Below, piece by piece: positions 50,320 to 60,748 of a DNA stretch of 64,000 bases (position 1 is its first letter; the number at the start of each line of letters is the position of its first letter). A program made the position numbers and the translations under genes. The stretch lies in NCBI RefSeq assembly GCF_030028105.1, contig NC_092380.1, positions 69,871,717 to 69,935,716 of the forward strand, given 5' to 3'. The DNA comes from Mobula birostris (lineage: Eukaryota). Below the pieces are notes generated by a model. The model was given only the letters and a program-made list of their open reading frames with translations. It made no database searches and was not told where the DNA came from.

Positions 50320-50525
50320 CTGAACACTAGGGGCAATATAAAATGGCAACTAATCTATCAAATGTCACATCTTTGGCATGTGGGAGGAAAGCTGAGGACC
50401 TGAGGGAAGCCCATGCATTCACAGTGAGAATGTGAAAATTCGATACAGACAGCACCAGAGGCCAGGAGTGAATCCAAGCACACTGGGGCTACGAGGAAGT
50501 AACTCTTTTAGCCATGCCATTCTGC
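50320..50525 (-). mobile_element. V-SINE (HE1-like)
   Basis: tgtgggaggaaagctgaggacctgagggaagcccatgcattcacagtgagaatgtgaaaatt is the reverse complement of the V-domain. Confidence 0.7.
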
Positions 50526-50904
50526 TGCTCAATAGCTAGGACACTCCTACTGCACTGAAATCCTACTTCAGTTGCATTTTTGTGCAAAGTATATTTGACA
50601 AGAAATTCTGTAGGGATATTAGATGGGCTTGGTGGCCCTATGTTGGCAAATATTTCTGTCATCAGTCTTTCGTTGAAAGCTTCAGTTGAGATTAAGTCTT
50701 AAGGAAATGAAGATAAGCAACTAGATTCTCCCTTTCAAGGCAACATTCAGGAAAGTTAGCACCTGATCCTATGAACCTATGCTGTAAGCAGGATAGGGAA
50801 GGGTACCTCCGCTCTGAGAAATCCTGCAACCTACTCCCATAAACCCAAACAACTATGAGTACGAGGAGCATGAAGGTGATATGAGGTGACTTATTGGTGG
50901 AGAA

Positions 50905-51070
50905 CAAAGAGTGGATAGGAGTGTTCCAGGGGGAATAGTCAATTTGAAATGCTGAAAGGAAAAGGAAGGAAAGGTATGTTTGGTGATAACATTACACTAT
51001 AGCTGCACCAAATGGCAGAAGATCATTCTTGGAATGTGGAGGCTGGTAGGGTCAACACAAGGGGAACCTG
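50905..51070 (-). mobile_element. Old Penelope ORF fragment
   Basis: Reverse complement aligns by eye to 9010-9180 (VPLV..PTSL.I..II). Confidence 0.6.
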
Positions 51071-51474
51071 GAAGGAAAGAGGTCTGAGAGAAGTAATGGA
51101 GGAAATGAAATAGATTTGTTATCTTATCTTCATGGGGAATCCACAGATGAGGTAAAAGGAGTTATAATCTCATTCGAGCATTGGTAAGTAAAATAGAGAA
51201 AAGGATTGGTACTTTAAAAAAAAATTGATGTAGTTGAATTTATGCCTCTCATCCTGATTAGTCCTGAACATTGTTACCTTGGTAGGGAAGTGCTCCATTC
51301 AGCAACTGTAACATTTAAAATGTTAATGAACAAAATAAATAAAGAGTTTGAAAGAACCGCATTACATGATGTTTAAAATACTGAGACCTGGGAGACGAAT
51401 GTTAAGGTTTTCAGCTATCATGATTGTTTAATTTGTTTTTCTCCAAATCCTGCTAGTGATTGTTCTTATTTTAG

Positions 51475-51637
51475 GATTACTCAAGTGAGCGCTTGAGGAA
51501 AACGAATGAAATGCTACGAGGAATCAAACTGCTTAAGCTCTATGCTTGGGAGCAAATCTTCCATAACAGTGTAGAAGAGACTCGACACAAGGAGCTCACA
51601 AGTCTCAAATCTTTTGCTCTCTACACCTCCATATCTA
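51475..51637 (+). CDS. ABCC8: ABCC8/SUR1 coding exon (exon 10 equivalent); not in the ORF track
   Basis: cttattttag|GAT...TCT A|gtaaga; 163 bp, ends in phase 1. [54 protein letters not shown], with the ABCC signature [11 protein letters not shown]. Confidence 0.96.
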
Positions 51638-52918
51638 GTAAGAAATAGTTTATGTTTCATTTGAACTGTTGCAATTCCAGTTTTTTTCAATTTTGTGCTT
51701 TCGTTTTTCAAATAATTGAAGCTATATTTTTTATTCTGGACAGCAGAAACAGTAAATATAAAATTTTGGTGATCTTTGTAGAGATCAAATTGAAGTACTT
51801 ATTCTTACTCTGGTTTTTCATATGACCATAAGCACTGGTATGAGTTATGTAAAGGCCCAATAATGTGCAATCAGTACGTAACTCACTCACTCATTAGTAC
51901 TTAGATTCAATCTATAGATTTACTATCAATCTTATTACTTGTCGGTTAGACATCTGTTGCTGGAGGTTTGGAACAGATATGAGGCCAGAATCAGGGTTAC
52001 CAGGAAGAACATCAGGGATCTAGTAACTACAGTGCCTTTAAAATATATTCACCTCCCCTTGGAAGTTTTCATGTTTTATTGTTTTACACATTGAATCACA
52101 GTGGATTTAATTAAACTTTTTTTTGACAGTGATCAACAGAAAAAGACTCTTTCGTGTCAAAGTGAAAACAAATCTCTACAAAGTGATCTAAACTAATTAC
52201 AAATATAAAACACAAAATAATTGATTGCAAAAATATTCAACCCCTTCAAGTCGGTATTCAGTAGATGCACCTTTGGCAGCAATTACAGCCTTGAGTCTGT
52301 GTGGATAGGTCTCTATCAGCTCTGAATATCTGGGCACTACAATTTTTCCCCATTCTTCTTTACAAAACTGCTCAAGCTCTGTCAGATTGCATGGGGATCA
52401 TGAGTGAACAGCCCGTGTCAAGTCCTGCCACAAATTCTCAATTGGATTGAGGTTTGGACTCTGACTTGGCCACATCAGGACATTAACTTTGTTGCCATTC
52501 CTGTGTATCCTGGCTTTATGCTTGTGGTCATTGTCTTGCTGGAAAACACATCTTCTCCCAAGTCGCAGTTCTCTTGCAGATTGCATCAGGTTTTCCTCCA
52601 GGATTTCCCTGTATTTTGTTGCATTGATTTTGCCCTCTATCTTCACAAGCCTTCTAGGGCCTGCTGCAGTGAAGCATCCCCCCCAGCATGATGCAGCCAC
52701 CACCATGCTTCAAAGAGATCTAAATTAATTACTAATGTAAAATACAAAATGATTGATTGCATAAGCATTCGTCCCCTTTAATATGACAAACCAAATCATC
52801 ATTGGTGCAGCCAATTGGTTTTACAAGTTATATAAGTAGTTAAATGGAGACACTGTGTGCAGTCAAGGTGCTTCAATTGATTTTAGTTAAACTACACCTG
52901 TATCTGTACACCTGTATA

Positions 52919-53172
52919 GGTCGGCTGGTGGCGCAGTGACATCAGCGCCGGACTCCGGAACAGAGGTTCCCGGGTTCGAATCCAGTCGGGCCGTTCCTGA
53001 GTACAATATCCATCCGTGCTGGGTTGAGTGTTATAAATAAAGAAACATACTGCGAAATGTCTGTGTGAGGAGTATTGCGCCACACAGACTTGTAAGCGCC
53101 TTGTAAGGCATGAAAATGCCCGACGCTAGCCTGTCAGGCCTGAGTTGACACCATCATCATCATCATCATCAT
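52919..53172 (+). mobile_element. tRNA-derived SINE with (CAT)7 tail
   Basis: A box tggcgcagtgac (52929-52940), B box ggttcgaatcc (52973-52983), CpG-rich; tgtat(ctg) duplicated at the flanks. Confidence 0.82.
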
Positions 53173-53432
53173 GTATCTGGAAGGTCCAACTGGTTGTGAG
53201 TGTGTGCTGGCAAAAACTAAATCATGAAGGTGAAAGAACTCTCCAAACAGCTCTGAAAAGGTTGTTGAAAAGCACAAATCAGGAGATGGATACAAAGAAA
53301 TTTCCAAGTCACTGAATATCCCTTGGGACTACAGTTAAGACAATCATCAACAAATGGAAAGAATATGGCACAGCTGTAAGTCTGCCTATAGATCAGGCCA
53401 TCCTCATAAACAGAGTGACCGTGCAAGAAGGC

Positions 53433-55760
53433 TACCAGACTAGATGCTATGTTTAGCATAATATGCTATGTTAGGTAATGAACCGGGTCAGGTCATAGAT
53501 CTCTCAATGGGTGAGCATCTGGGGGACAGTGACCACCACTCCCTGGCCTTTAGCATTATCATGGAAAAGGATAGAATCAGAGAGGACAGGAAAATTTTTA
53601 ATTGGGGTTGGGCAAATTATGAGGCTGTAAGGCTAGAACTTACAGGTGTGAATTAGGATGATGTTTTTGCAGGGAAATGTACTATGGACATGTGGTCGAT
53701 ATTTAAAGATCTCTTGCAGGATGTTAGGGATAAATTTGTCCCAGTGAGGAAGATAAAGAATGGTAGGGTGAAGGAATCATGGGTGACAAGTGAGGTGGAA
53801 AATCTAGTCAGGTGGAAGAAGGCAGCATACATGAGGTTTAGGAAGCAGGGATCAGATGGGTCTATTGAGGAATATAGGGTAGCAAGAAAGAAGCTTAAGA
53901 AGGGGCTGAGAAGGGCCAAAAGGGGGCATGAGATGTCCTTGGCGAGTAGGGTAAATGAAAACCCCAAGGCATTCTTCAATTATGTGAAGAACAAAAGGAT
54001 GACATGAGTGAAGGTAGGACTGATTAGAGATAAAGGTGGGAAGATGTGCCTGGAGGCTGTGGAAGTGAGCGAGGTCCTCAATGAATACTTCTCTTCGGTA
54101 TTTACCAATGACAGGGAACTTGATGAAGGTGAGGACAATATGAGTGAGATTGATGTTCTGGAGCATGTTGATATTAAGGGAGAAGAGGTGTTGGAATTAT
54201 TAAAATACATTAAGACGGCTAAGTCCCTGGGGCCTGACGGAATATTCCCCAGGCTGCTCCACGAGGCGAGGGAAGAAATTGCTGAGCCCCTGGCTAGGAT
54301 CTTTATGTCCTCGTTGTCTACAGGAATGGTACCGGAGGATTGGAGGGAGGCGAATGTTGTCTCCTTGTTCAAAAAAGTTAGTAGGGATTGTCCGGGTAAT
54401 TATAGACCAGTGAGCCTTACGTCTCTGGCAGGAAAGCTGTTGGAAAAGATTCTTAGAGATAGGATCTCTGGGCGTTAGAGAATCATGGTCTGATCAGGGA
54501 CAGTCGGCATGGCTTTGTGAAGGGCAGATCGTGTCTAACAAGCCTGATAGAGTTCTTTGAGGAGGTGACCAGGCATATAGATGAGAGTAGTGCAGTGGAT
54601 GTGATCTATATGGATTTTAGTAAGGCATTTGACAAGGTTCCACAGGGTAGGCTTATTCAGAAAGTCAGAAGGCATAGGATCCAGGGAAGTTTGGCCAGGT
54701 GGATTCAGAATTGGCTTGCCTGCAGAAGGCAGAGGGTCATGGTGGATGGAGTACATTCGGATTGGAGGGTTGTGACTAGTCATGTCCCACAAGGATTGGT
54801 TCTGGGACCTCTACTTTTCGTGATTTTTATTAACGACCTGGATGTGAGGGTAGAAGGGTGGATTGGCAAGTTTGCAGACAACACAAAGGTTGGTGGTGTT
54901 GTAGATAGTGTAGAAGATTGTCGAAGATTGCAGAGAGACATTGATAGTTTGCAGAAGTGGGCTGAGAAGTGGCAGATGGAGTTCAACCCGGAGAAGTGTG
55001 AGGTGGTACACTTTGGAAGGACAAACTCCAAGGCAGAGTACAAAGTAAATGGCAGGATACTTGGTAGTGTGGAGGAGCAGAGGGATCTCGGGGTACATGT
55101 CCACAGATCCCTGAAAGTTGCCTCACAGCTGAATGGGGTAGTTAGGAAAGCTTATGGGGTGTTAGGTTTCATAAGTCGAGGGATAGAGTTTAAGAGTTGC
55201 GATGTAATGATGCAGCTGTATAAAACTCTGGTTAGGCCACACTTGGAGTACTGTGTCCAGTTCTGGTCACCTCACTATAGGAAGGATGTGGAAGCATTGG
55301 AAAGGGTACAGAGGAGATTTACCGGGATGCTGCCTGGTTTAGAGAGTATGTATTATGATCAGGGATTAAGGGAGCTAGGGCTTTACTCTTTGGAGAGAAG
55401 GAGGATGAGAGGAGACATGATAGAGGTATAGAAGATATTAAGAAGAATAGGTAGAGTGGATAGCCAGCGCCTCTTCCCCAGGGCACCACTGCTCAATACA
55501 AGAGGACATGGCTTTAAGGTAAGGAGTGGGAAGGTCAAGGGGGATATTAGAGGAAGGTATTTTACTCAGAGAGTAGTTGGTGCTTGGAATGCACTGCCTG
55601 AATTAGTGGTGGAGGCAGATACACTAGTGAAATTTAAGAGACTACTATACAGGTATATGGAGGAATTTAAGGTGGGGGGTTATATGGGAGGCAGAGTTTG
55701 AGATTCGGCACAACAATGTGGGCCAAAAGGCCTGTACTATGCTGTACTATTCTATGTTTT
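53433..55760 (+). mobile_element. CR1 LINE, young 5'-truncated copy (ORF2 broken by few stops)
   Basis: ORFs 53468-53656, 53684-54007, 54008-54478, 54517-55431 and 55456-55701 form a continuous EN-end/RT: HLGDSDH, KSLGPDG, NYRPVSLTS, DFSKAFDKV, VPQGLVLGPLLF, KFADNTK. Confidence 0.93.
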
Positions 55761-56526
55761 GTCATCAAAAACACATCATCCCTACCTGAAGCATGGTGGT
55801 GGCTGCATCATGCTGTGGGGTTGCTTCACTGCAGCAGGCCCTGGAAGGCTTGTGAAGATGTTGTAAAACAATAAAAACATGAAAAATTCCAAGGGGGTGG
55901 GGTGAATACGTTTCATAGGCACCGTAAGTATCTGGAGCGAGAAAAAAACAGAAGTTGAGAGTGTGCACACTACCTTTAAACTCATTGTGTTCATTGGAAA
56001 ATTTGTGTTGCTACTGTGTAACATGTTTTTTAAAAAGTGAAGTAATTATTTGCTAGAGTAGTAAGAGAAATATCTAACAGTTTTTAGAATTTGCTGGTGT
56101 AGCACCACAAAAGAGCTGAGGGCACCAGATTCCCTAAGGGGAAGTCAATAAGGGAAAAATTAATTTCATTATCCCTTCGATAAAAAAGCTAAAGCTAATT
56201 ATGCATATTTTTAAACAAAGTTATATAATGTCAAGGAATTATAAAGTTGGGATTATACCTCCTGTGATGTGTTTCACATGCTGGTTTTGTATCAGCAATT
56301 TTGTAAGATATTTGAAGATTCACATTATTTTAAAATGTAACTTCATTGCTCATCATAACTGAAAATAATTGGTTTGAGAAGGAGCTTATGTTTTGAAATG
56401 TTTATGATATTATTCCTATCTGTATCTTTAGTGACGATTATAATGCATACGAATGAGGGATAGTATTATCAAAGGTGATTTCGTCTGAGTTCTCTTGTTT
56501 CATTGGCAGTCTGACTTAGTAACTAC

Positions 56527-56850
56527 AGAATCAGAATCAGGTTTAATATCGCTGGCATGTGTCATGAAATATGTTGTTTTGCAGCAGTATTACAGTATTA
56601 CAGTATTACATAATAAAAAAACTATAAATTACAAGAAGAAATATATGTACGTACATTCACAGGTTCATTGTCCATTCAGTAATCAGATGGCGGTGGAGAA
56701 TAAGTTGTTCCTAAAGCATTGAGTGTGTGTCCCAGACCCCTCTACCTCCTCCTTGATGGCAGCAATGAGAAAATGGCATGTCCTGACTGATAGGTGTCCC
56801 TAATGATGTTTGCTGCCTTTTTGAGGCATCGCCTTTTGAAGGTGTCTCAA
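56527..56850 (-). mobile_element. Rex1/Babar-type 3' end
   Basis: cagaatcagaatcaggtttaatatcgctggcat tail; similar to 35601-36136. Confidence 0.6.
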
Positions 56851-57442
56851 TGATGGTTTACACAGGAAGATGCTGTCTGACTTACCCAGGGAGATATCAT
56901 TTTGTTGAATAATTGCAGCAATTAACCAGAGGATAGAAAAAGAAGTCTACATTTATTGAAATGAAAACGCAAACAAACTGATCAAGCTACAAGGAGTATA
57001 CTACAAACTACCGAAGAGTGGAAAGTTGCATATGACATGAATACAGGCCATGGAATAATAATTTATGGAATCATAATTTGGAAGAATCAATTTCATTATA
57101 AAATAACTGAGTGATGATTTGTACTAATTTACTGATCTTATTAAAAGTCCTTAAACTGTTGAAAAAGAAACTGAAATTGCTGGAAGCAGTCAGGGGGTCA
57201 GGCAGCAGCTGAGGGAAGAGAGACAAAGTCTACATTTCAGATTTTCAGCTTGATTTTCACCCCTTGGGCAGTTGATTTGGGTAATGGAGCTTTTACAAAT
57301 GTGTCATGCTGATGTTGTTTGTTCCAAGCCTGCAGCTGGGGGAAATGCTATTAATTTTTAAAACATATCATTCCTCTTGCCTCTTCCATTGGTTGCTTCC
57401 ATAAACATTTAATATTTGGAGAAAAGATACAAAATTGCAGAA

Positions 57443-58050
57443 TCACTATCAGGTTTGTTATCACTATCTTAAATGAAATTTGTTGCTTTGTGGCAGCAGA
57501 ACAGTGCAGGACATAAAATTGCTATAAAATACAAATTAATTAATTAGTGCAAAAAAATTGGAATAACAAGGTAGATGTCCACCTAATCCTGATTAAGGCT
57601 CTTGGCCTGAAGCATTGAATGCTTATTCCTCTCTTAGATGCTGTTTGACCTGTTGATTCCCTCCAGGGGCTACAGCCTCTGAATACGAGGACACCCCTTA
57701 AGAACAGAAATGAGAAGGAATTTCCTGAGCCATAGGGTGCTGAATCTGTGGAACCCAAATCATTGGGTATATTTAAAGCAGAAGTTGATCGGTTCTTGAT
57801 TAGTATGTACGTCAAAGATCATGGAGAGAAGGCAGGAGAATGGAGGTTGAGAGGGATAATATATCAGCTTTGATTGAATGGTGGAGCAGATATGATGGGC
57901 TAAATGGCCTAATTCTGCTCCTACGCCTTATGGTCTTATAACTTTTAATCCATTAAAAATGCTAGAGGAAGTCAGCAGGTCAGGCAGCATCAATGGAATC
58001 AAGACCATTTATGATTTTCTAGATTTATAGCCTCTGCAGAATCTCTTGTA
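57443..58050. mobile_element. Cluster: Rex tail (-), degenerate Penelope pLTR (~57580-57665), CR1 3' end (+, ~57670-57940), Penelope fragment (~57955-58050)
   Basis: Each piece resembles other copies in this window. Confidence 0.6.
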
Positions 58051-58909
58051 TTACTATCTCACTGGTTTTGTTCCTTTGGTTCTGTCAGTTACAGATATTT
58101 CTTAGTAGTTCAATATTAAGGCAGATATGTCATTAATGGCTTGCTATTTTCATTAACACTAATATACTGCTGATGTTGTAAAGGTAGACAGCTTCATTTC
58201 AATGACAGATATTGTCCAAATATAATGAAGGTTTAAGACAACTGGGTTATATGGAATGTCTAAAGTGCAGCCAAGCTGCCACTACTGCAATCTAATTCCA
58301 ATTGGCATGAAGTTAGCTATCAGAAGACAGCTCTAGAAAAATAGTATATTAGCATTATGAGATAATAAAATGTTACACTGAAGATTTAAACTTATTGGAT
58401 ATCATCAATGAAAAGAAAATTTCTTTAATGGTGAGTGTTCTGATTGTAATGGGATGGCAATATGTTTCACTAATTAAAATCTCACAACCTTACTGGAATT
58501 ATTCATTAAATAAAATTTGATTTCTCACCAACTATGTTTGATTTCTGGTGACTCCCAGTAATATTAAGTAAACTCCTGATAAGTATTTTAGGATCAGTGT
58601 TAACCCTGTTTGTGCACTGAGAATGGTGTTGGGGTAGCACTAAAATGACAGTCAGAAGCTACAATCTGCTTTTACATGCTTTTGTGTGCAATGATTGTAA
58701 TTCCATGGTTTTTGAAAGTATTGATGTTTTCACTCCAGACAGGCAGGCAAAGGGAATGGCATATTCAGATTACATAGTTTGTCACTCTGTTTTAATTGTT
58801 TGTTGGACCAACAATTTGGTGCATAGGTTAATACTTTGATTAATGGTTTTGTGTGAACATGAGTGACAAGAATGTATTTCCACTGTCCCAAACTCCCCTG
58901 CATCTCTAT

Positions 58910-59510
58910 TCACAAAGTTCAGAGTATTTTTTATCAAAGTACATATGTCAGCATATACAACCCTGAGATTCATTTTCTTGTGGGCATACTCAAGTCTATA
59001 ACAGAATAATAACCATAATAAAATCATTGAAAGACCACACCAACTTGGGCATTCACCTAGTGTGCAAAAGATAACAAACTGTGCAAATACAAAAAGAAAG
59101 AAATAATAATAATAATAAATAAGTAATAAATATCAAGAACATGACATGAAGTGTCCTTCAAGGTGAGTCCTTCAAGGTTTTGGGAACAATTCTGTGATGG
59201 AAGAAGTGAAGTTTAACCTCTTTTCTTCAAGAGCCTGATGTTTGAGGGGTAATAACTGTTCCTGAATCTAGTAGTGTGAATCCTGAAGCTCGTGTGCCTT
59301 CTTCCTACTGGTAGCGGCAAGAAGAGAGCATGACCTGGGTGGTGAAGGTCCCTGCAACAGTGCTCTGTGTAGATGTGCTGAATGGTGGGAGCATTTACTG
59401 TGATGGACTGAGCCATATCCACTGCTTTTTGTAGGATTTTCCATTCAAGTGCATTGGTGTTTCCATACCAGGCTATGAAGCAGCCTGTCAATATACTTCC
59501 CACCACACAA
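58910..59510 (-). mobile_element. Rex1/Babar LINE 3' fragment
   Basis: ORF 59213-59527 VVGSILTGCFIAWYGN..HHPGHALFLPLPVGRR..TTRFRNSYYPSNIRLL. Confidence 0.82.
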
Positions 59511-59764
59511 GAACTATTATCTCCCATCTCCTGCCAGTTGCTGATTTGTGTAGTAGACAGTTTTCTATTTCCTTGTGAGAAAAATTATCCCCATCGCATA
59601 TTATTCATCCCTGCTAGCTTTAGATAAGAGCTAGCATAGCAGAAATTGTGTTAAGTCTCGCTGGAGCTTCAATCTTCATCCAATTCCCTGTAAGCTAGTC
59701 TCCAACCTTCATAAACATAAGGGTCTATTCGATATTTTCCTGGTAACCATGTTCTTTTTAAAAA

Positions 59765-60260
59765 ATTTTTTATTCATTTAAGGGATATTGGCTTCATAGC
59801 TTGAGGCAGCATTTAAAGGCCCAATCCTAAAAGCCCTTGAGCTGGTGATGGTCAGTTGCCTTCTTGGATCACTGCAGTTCTTGAGGAAGGGGTATACCCA
59901 AGATCCTGTTAGGGAGTGGAACACCAGGATTTTGACCTGGCAATGATAAAGGAACACTGATTTATTTCCAGGTCAGGATGCTATGTGGCTTGGAGGGCAA
60001 CTTCCAGGTGGTGGTGTTCCCATACTTTTGTTGTCCTTGTCCTTTCATCTGGTAGAGGTTGTGGATTTGAAAGGTGCTTTCTAAAAAGACTTGGTGAGTT
60101 GCTACAGTCATCCTGTAGATGGTAAGAACTGCTGTTACTGTGTGTCAATGGTAGAGAGACTGAATGCATGTGCATGGAGTGTTTATCAAGCGGGCTACTA
60201 TGTCCTGTATGGTGCCGAACTTCTCGAGTTGTTGGAGCTGCATTCATCCAGCAACTGAAG
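59765..60260 (-). mobile_element. Ancient CR1/L2-group LINE 3' end
   Basis: Reverse complement resembles 45100-45550. Confidence 0.55.
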
Positions 60261-60730
60261 AGCAGTTCGATGCACTCTTGTGAGGGAGTGGTAGCTGTTT
60301 TCTCTTTTCCCTTGCCAAATCTAACACTTTGTTCCTGTGCAACAAAATGTTGTTAAATCCATACCTGGGAGTAGGGTTTGTCCTGTGATGAGAGATTAAA
60401 CAGTCTCAAAGTTAGAGGTTAACCTGTCAGGAGATACCTGAGAAAAAAATTGTTTCTTAAGAGGTTAGTGAATCTTTATACCAAAATTTTCTTGAAATAT
60501 TCAACCCAAGAGTGCTTTAGGGACTTTGTCACTGAGTACATTTGAGAAAAATATTGATAGTTAATTTTTGTATTAGGACAATCAGGGGATATGGGGTTTG
60601 AACATGAAAGTGGTGCTGACGTAAAACATGAGGGGCTGAATGTTATGTTTTAAACTTACAGCTGTCAATTTGGTGTTAATTGTTAATTAAACTAATTAGC
60701 TTTTAAATACTTCTGCAGAATTAATATTTA

Positions 60731-60748
60731 TTGCACTAGATGGCAGTA
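60731..60748 (+). promoter_or_regulatory. Possible CTCF-like motif
   Basis: ttgcactagatggcagta resembles the CTCF core CCACTAGRTGGCAG; single motif, no supporting data. Confidence 0.25.

Larger units (their letters stand above)
52030..55924. mobile_element. Tc1-like transposon, internally inverted, hosting a SINE and a CR1
   Basis: TA|cagtgcct... and ...aggcaccg|TA termini. Transposase C-terminus (FQQDND, WPSQSPNLNPIENLW) on - strand at 52398-52706. N-terminus (MKVKELSKQL) on + strand from 53224; [13 protein letters not shown] on + strand at 55789. Confidence 0.88.

Noticed and set aside
6173-51637. Assignment to ABCC9 (SUR2)
   Set aside because: The 189-bp exon 6 and the residues [24 protein letters not shown] and QAQRSTL favour ABCC8.
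52919-52992. tRNA gene
   Set aside because: No clean cloverleaf or poly-T terminator; it continues into a SINE body and (CAT)n tail inside a Tc1.
54517-55431. 304-aa RT ORF as an active or domesticated gene
   Set aside because: Part of a 5'-truncated CR1 with stops and frameshifts on both sides; the catalytic FADD motif is mutated to FADN.
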